Origin: an uncultured Solirubrobacteraceae bacterium
GTDB lineage: Bacteria > Actinomycetota > Thermoleophilia > Solirubrobacterales > Solirubrobacteraceae
Length of the DNA stretch: 64,000 nt
Direction of reading: 5' to 3'
NCBI GenBank assembly: GCA_963844555.1
Contig: CAWJOS010000003.1
Location: 1,061-65,060, forward strand
The notes under the pieces were generated by a model. It was not told the origin of the DNA and did no database searches. It saw only the letters and a program-made list of their open reading frames with translations. Of the stretch, positions 35,602 through 44,663 are shown piece by piece. Within the stretch, counting starts at the first letter, position 1; the number at the start of each line of letters is the position of its first letter. The translations under genes and the position numbers were made by a program.

Positions 35602-36015
35602 GTGGCGCGTCGAACCGAGCAGCGCCGCGCGGCAGTGTGGGCGCTTTATCAGAGTGACCTGCTGGGGCGCCCGCTCGGCGAGACGCTGCCCCGTGATGTC
35701 CACATGTTCACCCTGGCCCTCGCCGAGCAGGTGCGCGAGCATCAGGACGAGCTCGACGAGCTCATCCGCGGCCACTCCAACGACTGGCCGCTGGAGCGGA
35801 TCGCCCCGCTCGAGCGCTCCATCCTCCGCGTGGCGCTCCTGGAGATGCTGTACCCGGGGGTCGTCCCCGGCGAGCGGCCGATCCCGCCGGAGGGCGCCAT
35901 CGACGAGGCGATCGAGACCGCCAAGCGCTTCTGCGGGTCCGGGGCGCCGGCGTTCATCAACGGCATCCTGGGGGCCGTGATGCGCGAGAGGGCGATAAGG
36001 GCGCGCGACGAGTAG
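35602..36015 (+). CDS. nusB: transcription antitermination factor NusB
   Basis: 137 aa; ERIAPLERSILRVALLEMLY ... AIDEAIETAKRFCG ... FINGILG. Confidence 0.9.
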   Translation: MARRTEQRRAAVWALYQSDLLGRPLGETLPRDVHMFTLALAEQVREHQDELDELIRGHSNDWPLERIAPLERSILRVALLEMLYPGVVPGERPIPPEGAIDEAIETAKRFCGSGAPAFINGILGAVMRERAIRARDE

Positions 36016-36132
36016 ATGGCGGGACCGGGGTCACAGCCGCGCCAATCCGCCGGATACGAGGTCGCGGGCCCGTAAATAAGCGGAAAGTAGGAGTTACGGC
36101 ACGTTCGCCGGGCGAGCGGCCACAATCAGGCC

Positions 36133-36816
36133 ATGAGATTGCTCGTCGTTGATGATGACCGAGGACTGCGGGATGTGCTGCGCCGGGCACTGAGCCTGTC
36201 CGGCTACGAGGTGGTGCTGGCCGAGAACGGCTCGGAGGCGCTCTCCCAGGTGACCACCGCGGTCCCGGACGCGGTGGTGCTCGACGTCGGCCTGCCGGAC
36301 ATCGACGGGCTGGAGGTCTGCCGGCTGCTCCGGCGCGAGGGCAACCGGGTGCCGGTGCTCATGCTCACCGCCCGGGACGCCGTGTCCGACCGGATCGACG
36401 GACTGGACGCGGGCGCCGACGATTACCTGGTCAAGCCGTTTGACGTCGACGAGCTCCGGGCCCGGATCCGCGCCCTGCTGCGCCGGGCCGGCGGCGAGGG
36501 CGACGCCGACGGCGGACTGTCGTTTGAGGAGCTCAAGCTCGATCCCGCCCGCCACGGGGTGGAGGTCTCCGGGACATTCGTCGAGCTGACGCGAACCGAG
36601 TACCAGCTCCTGGAGCTGCTCATGCTCAACCCGCGCCGCGTGCTTCCGCACAGCCTCATCTACGACCGGGTCTGGGGCTATGACTTCGGCCCCACCTCCA
36701 ATGCGCTGCGCGTCTACGTCGGCTATCTGCGCCGCAAGCTGGAGGACGCCGGCGCTCGCCCGCTCATCCACACGGTGCGGGGGGTGGGATACGCGCTGCG
36801 GGAGCCCAACGGGTGA
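36133..36816 (+). CDS. OmpR-family response regulator
   Basis: MRLLVVDDD, phospho-acceptor DVGLPDIDG, KPF, winged-helix TRTEYQLLELL ... VRGVGYAL. Confidence 0.92.
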   Translation: MRLLVVDDDRGLRDVLRRALSLSGYEVVLAENGSEALSQVTTAVPDAVVLDVGLPDIDGLEVCRLLRREGNRVPVLMLTARDAVSDRIDGLDAGADDYLVKPFDVDELRARIRALLRRAGGEGDADGGLSFEELKLDPARHGVEVSGTFVELTRTEYQLLELLMLNPRRVLPHSLIYDRVWGYDFGPTSNALRVYVGYLRRKLEDAGARPLIHTVRGVGYALREPNG

Positions 36817-38294
36817 GCCTGCGCGCGCGCATGGGGCTGGCCTCCGGGCTGGCGGTGGCGGTGGCTGTGGTCGCGGTTGCGGTCTCGGCGTACGCCGGCA
36901 CCCGCTCCCAGCTGCTCGGGCAGCTTGACGCCTCGCTGAATTCGCTCGTCCATCCGATCCTGATTCATGCTGGCGTCCTCCCGGGCCCGCAGGGACCCGG
37001 CACCGACGATGTGTTCGGAGGCGTGCCCAACAACCAGGGCGGCGGGGGGAGCATCAACCCCGGAGGGGGCAACGACTGCGATCACGGGCTAGGACTGGAC
37101 AACGCCCGGGGCGGAGTGTTCGGCGGCCCTTCCGGGTATGTGCAGCTCGTCGGTCCCAGCGGGTCCGTCTGCCTGGCCAGCGGCGAGTCGAAACAGCTTC
37201 CAGTCGACGACGAGGTCCGGAGTGTGGCCAGGAGCGGCCACGGAAGCTTCCTGAGCGACGCCACCGTCGGGTCGACTCATCTGCGAGTCCTGACCTACGG
37301 CGTGGGCTCGCCGGGAGCGGTCCAGGTGGCGCTTCCGCTCACCCAGGTTGACGGCGCCCTGCACAAGCAGGTTGTGCTGCTCGCGATCATCGCCGCCGCG
37401 GGGATCGCCCTCGCCGCCCTGCTGGGGATCCTGGTGGCCCGGACGGCGCTGGCACCGATCGCCCGCTTCACGCGTCAGACCGAGAAGATCGCCACCAACC
37501 CGGAGCTGCTGGATCGCGAGCGGCTCGACGTCCACGGCGGGGATGAGCTGGCCCGGCTGGCCCAGACGTTCAACCGGACCCTCGATGCGCTCGAGGAATC
37601 CGTGCAGTCCCAGCGCAACCTGGTCGCCGACGCCTCCCATGAGCTGCGCACGCCGATCGCCACCATCCGCGCCAACCTCCAGCTCATGCGCGACGAGCAG
37701 CTGCTCTCGCCGGAGGACCGCGACGCCCTGCGCACCGACATCATCGAGGAGCTCGACGAGCTGACCGCTCTCGTCGGGGACGTCGTCGAGCTGGCCCGGG
37801 GATCGAAGCTGAGCGCCGAGCCCGGCGAGGTGCGCGTCGACGAGGTCCTCTCGGCCGCCGTCGACCGCGCCCGGCGCCGGTCGCCGGAGCTGACGATCGA
37901 CCCCGCGGTGGAGCCGACGCTCGTGTACGGCGAGGGGGACCGGATCGCGCGGGCGATCGCCAACCTGCTCGACAACGCGGCGAAGTACGGCGGGCGCGGG
38001 GGGCGCGTCGAGGTCGGTCTGCATGACGGGGTCCTGACCGTGCGAGACCACGGTCCGGGGTTCAACCAGGACGACCTGCCGTTCGTCTTCGACCGCTTCC
38101 ACCGCGCCCGGGACGCCCGGTCCAAGCCCGGCTCCGGGTTGGGGCTGGCGATCGTCCGTCAGGCGGCGGAGGCGCACGGAGGGTTCGCCGAGGCGACGAA
38201 CGCGCCGGGCGGTGGCGCGCTCATCCGGATCTCGTTCGGTCCCACGCTGGAGCTCGACTCCGAGCCGGCGCCCGGCGTGGTCACCCGCTCCTGA
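36813..38294 (+). CDS. sensor histidine kinase (2 TM, HAMP, HisKA, HATPase_c)
   Basis: H-box ADASHELRTPIA, N-box NLLDNAAKYG, G-boxes DHGPGF and GSGLGLAI; overlaps the regulator stop. Confidence 0.9.
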   Translation: MSLRARMGLASGLAVAVAVVAVAVSAYAGTRSQLLGQLDASLNSLVHPILIHAGVLPGPQGPGTDDVFGGVPNNQGGGGSINPGGGNDCDHGLGLDNARGGVFGGPSGYVQLVGPSGSVCLASGESKQLPVDDEVRSVARSGHGSFLSDATVGSTHLRVLTYGVGSPGAVQVALPLTQVDGALHKQVVLLAIIAAAGIALAALLGILVARTALAPIARFTRQTEKIATNPELLDRERLDVHGGDELARLAQTFNRTLDALEESVQSQRNLVADASHELRTPIATIRANLQLMRDEQLLSPEDRDALRTDIIEELDELTALVGDVVELARGSKLSAEPGEVRVDEVLSAAVDRARRRSPELTIDPAVEPTLVYGEGDRIARAIANLLDNAAKYGGRGGRVEVGLHDGVLTVRDHGPGFNQDDLPFVFDRFHRARDARSKPGSGLGLAIVRQAAEAHGGFAEATNAPGGGALIRISFGPTLELDSEPAPGVVTRS

Positions 38295-39231
38295 CCGGAC
38301 GGGCGGTCAGCAGCGGAGCCAGCGATGGGGTACAGGCGCAGGCGGCGTTGCGCAGGCGCCTGAGGCCCAGGAGGTCATCGATCGTCTGCAGGACCGAGTA
38401 ATGGTCGGCGGGGGATCGCATCCGCACGTGGGAGCGGGCGCCGGGGCCGGCGACGACGGTCACGACGTGGCCGCCGGCGGCCAGTCGGCAGCACCCGTCG
38501 TTGGTGCTGCCCTCGTCCCAGGTGAGAAACAGGAGCCCGCCCCGGCCCAGCGTGCTGAGCAGCGGCGGCACCAGCCGCGCCAGGAACGCGTCCCCCATCG
38601 CCGGGGCGCAGTCGTGCATGTCGTGGCAGAGGTTGGGCGTGATCCAGACGAAGCGGGGCAGCGCGTGGGCGCGCTCGTCGGCGGCGAGCTGGGACAGGGG
38701 CACGACGCGGTCGCACTGGGCCCGGTTGGTGTACACCGGCGCGTAGTACATGAAGGGGTCGTGCTTCTTGGCGTAGTCGCCGCTGCCGGCGCCCGTGTAG
38801 CAGGGGTGCGGCAGGTCCTCCATGTACGCCTTCCAGGACAGGTGGGCGGCGGCGAGCTGCTCGACCAGTCCGGGCGCGTGGACGGTGCAGTCCGTGCAGT
38901 CGCTGGTGATGCCGAACGTGCTCCCGCCCGTCAGCGCCAGGTAGTTGGGCAGCGACGGGTGGCTCACCGCGTACATGCCCGTGGCGAGCGCGTACCGGCG
39001 GGCCAGGGCGTTGATGAACGGGGTCTGGCGTGAGCCGATGATGTCTCCGTACTCCTCGTTCTCCATGACGATGACCGCGATGTGCGCCGGCGGCCCGCCG
39101 GTCAGCGCGGCGGTCGGCGAGGGGACGGTCTGCACCGGACCCTGGCGCGCAGAGCTCGTGCCGCACCCCGTCGCCAGTGCCAGGGCGAGGCCGGCGACGA
39201 ACGCCGGGGCCACGGGCCGGCGCCAGGTCAT
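38281..39231 (-). CDS. phosphoesterase-family lipoprotein (AcpA/phospholipase C-like)
   Basis: Internal ATG gives MTWRRPVAPAFVAGLALALATGC (lipobox). Then IAVIVMENEEYGDIIG, HPSLPNYLALTGG, WITPNLCHDMHD. Confidence 0.8.
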   Translation of the reverse strand: MTWRRPVAPAFVAGLALALATGCGTSSARQGPVQTVPSPTAALTGGPPAHIAVIVMENEEYGDIIGSRQTPFINALARRYALATGMYAVSHPSLPNYLALTGGSTFGITSDCTDCTVHAPGLVEQLAAAHLSWKAYMEDLPHPCYTGAGSGDYAKKHDPFMYYAPVYTNRAQCDRVVPLSQLAADERAHALPRFVWITPNLCHDMHDCAPAMGDAFLARLVPPLLSTLGRGGLLFLTWDEGSTNDGCCRLAAGGHVVTVVAGPGARSHVRMRSPADHYSVLQTIDDLLGLRRLRNAACACTPSLAPLLTARPVRSG

Positions 39232-40286
39232 GCCGCTCCCCCGGCCACGGCTGAGCCGGTGGCGACCGCGATCAGCCGGCCATCGGCGTCGACGACCTCG
39301 GCGCTCGCCACCGCGATCCTCCGACCGCAATGGATGAGGCGACCATGCGCGTGGACATCGCGGCCGTCGCTGGCCAGCGGGCGCAGGTAGTTGAGCTTGA
39401 GCTCGACTCCGGCAAAGCGCGTGGCCGCCGGCTCGGCGGTCTGGATGGCGGCCGTGACCGCGGCGTCGGCGAGCGTCGCGACCGCGCCGCCCTGGACCCG
39501 CCCGGGCGGGGGCGCGCACAGCCAGCCGGTGGCCGGCAGGACGAAGCTCACATCACCGCGCGCCGCCGCCGCCGGGCGCAGACCGGTCAGCCGCCCCAGC
39601 GGGGGAAGAGCGGCCCGCCCGGCGATCTCGGCGCCCAAGCGCGCCAGCGCGGAGGGCTCGCCGTCCGGCCGGCGGTCGCCGGGGCCGACCAGCGGCCGCT
39701 CCCACGGATCCGGTCCTCCGTCCGGGGGGTGTGGGGCCGGCTTCTCCTCGTCGCCCGGCAGCGGCGGCGCGGCCAACGCGGGCAGCGTCACACACACCGA
39801 GCCGCCGTGGGCGATGAGGGTGCCGTCGGCGTCGGTGACCGTCACCTCGGCGAGTGCGACCGGCGGGCCGGCCTCGAGCATTCGACCGCGGGCCACCACT
39901 GTCCCCCCGGGTCGCACCGGCCGGACCTGACGCAGGCCGAGCTCGGAGGTGGTCAGGCCGGTGCCGGCCGGGAGGCCGGCGATGATCGCGCACGCCATCG
40001 CCGCGTCGGCGGGCATCGTCAGCGGGCCGAGCGGAACGGTCCCGGACGCGTCGGCCAGCCACGGGCTGAGCGGCAGGGTGAACGTCGCCGAGCCGAAGGC
40101 GAACTCCGCCAGCCGCATGCCGGTCAGCCGGGAGAGCGGGGGAGTGGGCGTGGTGCCGTCGATCACCGCCTGCAGCTGCTCGGCGCCGGGCCGGGCGGCC
40201 AGGCCGGGGTCGGGATGGCCGCCGCGGACCGGTTCCCGCCACAGGCCGGGCTCGTCGCCGCCGGATGCCAGAGGGGGGTGCTCCAC
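39228..40286 (-). CDS. double hotdog-fold (PaaI-type thioesterase x2) protein
   Basis: Two repeats of the ...L(T)GMRL/GLR...F.LP...W...G.V.GG...LAD... pattern; stop overlaps the next start (ATGA). Confidence 0.7.
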   Translation of the reverse strand: MEHPPLASGGDEPGLWREPVRGGHPDPGLAARPGAEQLQAVIDGTTPTPPLSRLTGMRLAEFAFGSATFTLPLSPWLADASGTVPLGPLTMPADAAMACAIIAGLPAGTGLTTSELGLRQVRPVRPGGTVVARGRMLEAGPPVALAEVTVTDADGTLIAHGGSVCVTLPALAAPPLPGDEEKPAPHPPDGGPDPWERPLVGPGDRRPDGEPSALARLGAEIAGRAALPPLGRLTGLRPAAAARGDVSFVLPATGWLCAPPPGRVQGGAVATLADAAVTAAIQTAEPAATRFAGVELKLNYLRPLASDGRDVHAHGRLIHCGRRIAVASAEVVDADGRLIAVATGSAVAGGAA

Positions 40287-40439
40287 GGTCGTTCAACGTA
40301 GCGGCCGGCGATGGGTGGGGTGGCGCCACCGCGATACACCATTCTTGGGAGCGGAGTTTGGTGGAGGCTTGCTCCGGTCAAGCGCTCCGGTTTCCGCCGC
40401 AGGCCGCGCCCCGGGCACCGCAGGCGGAACGTATGGGCG

Positions 40440-40499
40440 GGTGCCGGCGTGCTTCCCCGAGTGGCAGAGCCCGAGTTTGCTCAGCCTGCCGCCGGCACC
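40440..40499 (-). terminator. long compound hairpin directly after the hydrolase stop codon
   Basis: GGTGCCGGCG ... CGCCGGCACC outer 10-bp stem enclosing GGCAG/CTGCC and CTGAG-CAAA-CTCGG sub-stems. Confidence 0.4.
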
Positions 40500-40504
40500 C
40501 AACC

Positions 40505-41146
40505 TCAGGCGGCGGTGAGCACCGTCTCCAGCCAGCGCGCCACGGCCGCGGCGACGGCGGGCCGGTCGGACCGCAGGGCGTGGTCGCCGGTCACGGGGAC
40601 CACGGTCCGGCCCGGCGCCGCCGGCGGCATCCCAAACCGGTCGTTGACGCCCTGGACGATGAGCGTAGGGACCGTCACCGCCGCGAGTTCCGGGAGGCGG
40701 CTGGTGGGAGGCTTTGCGGCACCGGCGCGCTGGGGCGGGATGAGCGGGAAGGCGAGGCAGATGACGCCGGCCGCTCCGGTCGCAGTCGCCGTCCGGCAGG
40801 CGACACGGGCGCCGGATGAGCGCCCGCCGGTGATGATCTCCAGGCCGCCCAGGTCGCCGGCGCGGAGATGCTCCACCACCGCCACCCAGGCGTCGTCGAG
40901 ATGCGTGGCCGGGGCGGGCGAGCGCCGCCCGGCCACCCGGTAGGGCTGCTCGACGAGCGCCACCGCGAGCCCGTCCTGGAGCGCGGCCCCGCGGGCCGCC
41001 TGCAGGTCCGGGGCGCCGACGCCGCCCCCGGCGCCGTGGCCGAGCACCAGGGCGCCCCGGGGCTCATCGCGGTCCGGGAGGGTCAGGTGGACCCGCGCCG
41101 GACCGCGCGGGGTGGCGACGTTGATCTCGGTCATGGCGCCATCCAT
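40505..41146 (-). CDS. alpha/beta hydrolase (KANL3/Tex30-like)
   Basis: LVLGHGAGGGVGAPDL, GGRSSGARVA (nucleophile elbow-like), HALRSD. Confidence 0.7.
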   Translation of the reverse strand: MDGAMTEINVATPRGPARVHLTLPDRDEPRGALVLGHGAGGGVGAPDLQAARGAALQDGLAVALVEQPYRVAGRRSPAPATHLDDAWVAVVEHLRAGDLGGLEIITGGRSSGARVACRTATATGAAGVICLAFPLIPPQRAGAAKPPTSRLPELAAVTVPTLIVQGVNDRFGMPPAAPGRTVVPVTGDHALRSDRPAVAAAVARWLETVLTAA

Positions 41147-41178
41147 CCTGACAGCCGGCGTGCTGAAATCGTCACTAC

Positions 41179-41787
41179 ATGAGCCCGAGCGTCGAGGTTC
41201 CCCCGTACGAGGTACACGCGCAGGTCGAGGTTGACCCGGCCCGCACTGCGCTCATCGTCGTCGACATGCAGAACGACTTCGTCGCCGACGAGGGGAGCCT
41301 TCGCGTCCCGGATGCCGCCGGCACCGTGCCGGTGATCGCGGACCTGCTGGAGCGCGCGCGCCGGGCGGGGATGCGGGTCGTCTTCACCCAGGACACCCAC
41401 CGGGAGGGCGATCCGGAGTGGCAGATCTGGCCCGCCCACGCGCGCGAGGGCAGCTGGGGATGGCAGATCGTCGACGCGCTGGCCCCGCGCGAGGACGAGA
41501 CGGTGATCCAGAAGGTTCGCTACGACGCCTTCTACGGCACGCCGCTCGACCATCTGCTGCGCCGGTGGGGCGTGACGACCCTCGTCATCTGTGGCACCGT
41601 CGCCAACATCTGCGTCCACTACACGGCGGCCAGCGCTGCGCTGCGCTGGTACGAGGTCGTCATCCCGCGTGACGCCGTCTCGGCGCTGGACCCGTTCGAC
41701 CTCGAGTCCTCGCTGCGCCAGACGGCATTCCTGTTCGCCGGCCGGGTGACCACGGCCGCCGGCATCCACCCGGTGCCCGCGGGCTGA
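41179..41787 (+). CDS. isochorismatase-family cysteine hydrolase (nicotinamidase-like)
   Basis: ALIVVDMQNDF, KVRYDAFYGT, LVICGTVANICVHYTA (catalytic Cys). Confidence 0.85.
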   Translation: MSPSVEVPPYEVHAQVEVDPARTALIVVDMQNDFVADEGSLRVPDAAGTVPVIADLLERARRAGMRVVFTQDTHREGDPEWQIWPAHAREGSWGWQIVDALAPREDETVIQKVRYDAFYGTPLDHLLRRWGVTTLVICGTVANICVHYTAASAALRWYEVVIPRDAVSALDPFDLESSLRQTAFLFAGRVTTAAGIHPVPAG

Positions 41788-41875
41788 CCCCCGGGAGTGT
41801 TGTGGTCCCGCGTCGCCCCGGGCCACCGCGCGTCGCCGTCGCCCGGCCCATTCCTGGAGGTGCGAGCATTTCGCC

Positions 41876-42280
41876 ATGGGCGACGACGGCTACCGCTGGA
41901 TCGACCACACCGCCGAGTTGGAACTGGAGATCCGGGGCGCCAGCGCGGAGGCGGTGTTCGCCCAGGCGCTGCGGGCGTTCGCCGAGCTCGTGGGTGACCG
42001 GCACGCCGGCGAGGCCGTGGTCCGGGAGATCGCGCTGGACGGCACCGACCGCGCCGTGCTGCTGGCACGGTGGCTCGACGAGCTGGAGTTCCTGGCCGAG
42101 ACCGAGGACCTCGTCCCGGACGGGATCGACCAGATCCGCCTGGCGGACGACGGATTGCGGGCGACCGTGCGCTGCCACCGCGGGCGGCCTCACAGCGTCG
42201 TCAAGGGCGCCACGTACCACCGACTCGCCTTCTCTCGCCGTCGAGACGGCTACCAGGCGACCGTGATCCTCGATGTCTGA
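41876..42280 (+). CDS. archease
   Basis: 134 aa; IDHTAELELEIRGAS ... VKGATYHRLAF; overlaps the rtcB start. Confidence 0.85.
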   Translation: MGDDGYRWIDHTAELELEIRGASAEAVFAQALRAFAELVGDRHAGEAVVREIALDGTDRAVLLARWLDELEFLAETEDLVPDGIDQIRLADDGLRATVRCHRGRPHSVVKGATYHRLAFSRRRDGYQATVILDV

Positions 42281-43769
42281 GGCGCCCCGTCCGGTGACGC
42301 CTGACGGCGGCACGCCCCGGGGCGGCGACCCGCTCCACATCGCCGGGTTCGCCCAGGTCGGCGACGTCGTCTGGGAGATGACGCCGCAGGGTCACCCGGA
42401 GATGCGGGTCCCCGCTCGCGTGTTCGCTGATCGCGAGCTCATCGGCCAGATCGCCACGGACCGCTCCCTGGAGCAGCTGCGCAACGTGGCCACGCTCCCG
42501 GGCATCGTCGGCGCCGCGCTGGCCATGCCGGACATCCACCAGGGCTACGGGTTCCCGGTCGGCGGCGTCGCTGCGACCGAGGCGCCGGACGGGGTCATCT
42601 CGCCCGGGGGCGTGGGGTATGACATCAACTGCGGCGTGCGCCTCATCGCCCTGCCGTTGACCGCCGAGGAGCTGCGCCGGCGCATCCCGGCGCTGATGGA
42701 CGAGATCGCCCGCAGCGTGCCCGTGGGGACCGGCCACGGAGGGTCGCTCAAGCTGACCGGCCCAGAGCTGGAGCACGTCCTCACCGACGGGCCGCGGGCC
42801 CTGCTGGCGGAGCACGGGATCGGCCGCGACGCCGACATCGAGCACACCGAGTCGGCCGGCCGCCTCGCGGAGGCCGACCCGGCGGCCGTCTCCGAGCGCG
42901 CGCGCCGGCGGGGGAGCGGCCAGCTGGGGACGCTCGGCTCCGGCAACCACTTCCTGGAGGTGCAGCGGGTCTCGCGGATCTTCGATCCGGCCGCCGCGGA
43001 GGCGTTTGGGCTGCGCACCGGCCAGGTCACCGTCTTGATCCACTCCGGCTCGCGCGGGCTGGGCCATCAGGTGTGCACGGACTACGTCCAGACCCACGAC
43101 GCGGCGCAGGCGCGCTACGGCATCCGGCTGGCGGACCGGCAGCTGGCGTGCGCGCCGCTGAGCTCGCCGGAGGGACGGGCCTACGTGTCGGCGATGGCTG
43201 CGGCCGCCAACTTCGCCTGGGCCAACCGCGCCGTGCTGGCCCACCGGGTGCGGGAGGCGATCGCCCGGGTCCTGGGCGCGCCGGTCGCCGGCGCCACCCG
43301 GCAGGTCTACGACGTCGCCCACAACATAGCCAAGCTCGAGCATCACGGCGGCCGCGAGGTCTGCGTCCACCGCAAGGGCGCCACGCGGGCGTTCCCGGCC
43401 GGTTCGGACGCCATCCCGGGCGACTACCGTCAGGTCGGTCAGCCGGTCTTCATCCCGGGGAGTATGGGGACATCGAGCTTCGTCCTCGTCGGCCGCCCCG
43501 GAGGGATGGAGCGCTCCTTCGGCACGTCGTGTCACGGCGCGGGGCGGCGGATGAGCCGGACCGGCGCCCGGCGGGAGATCGGCGGCCGGGAGCTGCGCCG
43601 GCGCCTCGAGGGCGAGGGGATCGCCATCCGCTGCCCCAGCGATCGTGGTCTGGCCGAGGAGGCGCCGTTCGCCTACAAGGACGTCGAGCGGGTGGTGGCG
43701 GTCGTCGAGGCGGCGGGGCTGGCCGGACGGGTGGCCCAGCTCATCCCGCTCGGCGTGCTCAAGGGCTGA
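42273..43769 (+). CDS. rtcB: RNA-splicing ligase RtcB
   Basis: AMPDIHQGYGFPVGGV, GGVGYDINCGVR, GSGNHFLE, HSGSRGLGHQV, CHGAGR. Confidence 0.95.
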   Translation: MSEAPRPVTPDGGTPRGGDPLHIAGFAQVGDVVWEMTPQGHPEMRVPARVFADRELIGQIATDRSLEQLRNVATLPGIVGAALAMPDIHQGYGFPVGGVAATEAPDGVISPGGVGYDINCGVRLIALPLTAEELRRRIPALMDEIARSVPVGTGHGGSLKLTGPELEHVLTDGPRALLAEHGIGRDADIEHTESAGRLAEADPAAVSERARRRGSGQLGTLGSGNHFLEVQRVSRIFDPAAAEAFGLRTGQVTVLIHSGSRGLGHQVCTDYVQTHDAAQARYGIRLADRQLACAPLSSPEGRAYVSAMAAAANFAWANRAVLAHRVREAIARVLGAPVAGATRQVYDVAHNIAKLEHHGGREVCVHRKGATRAFPAGSDAIPGDYRQVGQPVFIPGSMGTSSFVLVGRPGGMERSFGTSCHGAGRRMSRTGARREIGGRELRRRLEGEGIAIRCPSDRGLAEEAPFAYKDVERVVAVVEAAGLAGRVAQLIPLGVLKG

Positions 43770-43773
43770 GGAG

Positions 43774-44622
43774 CTAGCGGCCGCCCAGCCGCAGGCGGTC
43801 ACGCAGCCGTGAGCGACGATCCCCCCGGCGCAGGCGGCGCGGTTCCACCAGCCCCAGCAGACGCGGCTTGGCCGGCGGCCGCCGGACCCGTCGGGCCACC
43901 AGCCCGCCGCCCAGCCCGAGCGCGGCCAGGCCGGCGACAACCGCGCCGGGAGAGGCGCGCAGGCGCCCGTACTCGTCCTGGACCGCGGGCCAGACCTGCT
44001 CGTCGATGAGCTGCGTCAGCCCCTCCCGGTCCTCGGACGAGACCGGCGCGACCGCCGGCAGGAACGCCAGCTGCACCCGCTTGAGCCGGGGCAGCGCGCC
44101 TCGCCACAGATGTGCGGTGCCCGTGATCGCAGCCGGGATGATGGGAGCGCCGGTCTCGATCGCCAGCCGCCCCGCGCCGTGATGGGGCGAGCCGAGGGCG
44201 TCCGGCTCCTCGACCCGCGTCCCCTCCGGGAACATGACCACCACCCCGCCGGCGTGCAGAATGGTGCGCGCGGTGGTCAGCGTCTCGGCGTCGGCCTCGC
44301 CCCGCCGCACGGGGAACGCCCCCAGGCGTGGGAACAGCCACCGCAGGGGACCCCGGAACAGCTCGGTCTTCGCCATGTAGCGCACGGGCCGCTCGGTGGC
44401 GAGGCCGATGAAGAACGGGTCGAGGAAGTTCTTGTGGTTGGGCGCGATGATCGCCGCTCCCTCCCGGGGGATCTGGTCGAGCCCGGCGACGCGGATGCGA
44501 AACCACAGCCGGAGCATCGCCCGCACCAGGGCGCGGACGACGCGGTACAGCCCTGGCGAGACGCCGCGTTCGCGGGCGCGGGCATGGATGCGCTGCTCCC
44601 AGGCGGTGCGTTCGCCGGCCAT
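43774..44622 (-). CDS. 1-acyl-sn-glycerol-3-phosphate acyltransferase (PlsC family) with Arg-rich C-terminal tail
   Basis: Internal ATG of ORF 43774..46353; APNHKNFLDPF (HX4D variant NHxxxxD), FPEGTR. Confidence 0.85.
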   Translation of the reverse strand: MAGERTAWEQRIHARARERGVSPGLYRVVRALVRAMLRLWFRIRVAGLDQIPREGAAIIAPNHKNFLDPFFIGLATERPVRYMAKTELFRGPLRWLFPRLGAFPVRRGEADAETLTTARTILHAGGVVVMFPEGTRVEEPDALGSPHHGAGRLAIETGAPIIPAAITGTAHLWRGALPRLKRVQLAFLPAVAPVSSEDREGLTQLIDEQVWPAVQDEYGRLRASPGAVVAGLAALGLGGGLVARRVRRPPAKPRLLGLVEPRRLRRGDRRSRLRDRLRLGGR

Positions 44623-44663
44623 GGCACGATTATGGGGCCTGGAGGCCGGCCCGGCGCGTGGCC

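Noticed and set aside
40290-40440. Possible small RNA in the 215-bp gap between the hydrolase stop and the hotdog-gene start.
   Set aside because: Apart from the terminator-like compound hairpin at 40440-40499, I saw no conserved motif or second structured element. The region must also hold the hotdog-gene promoter.
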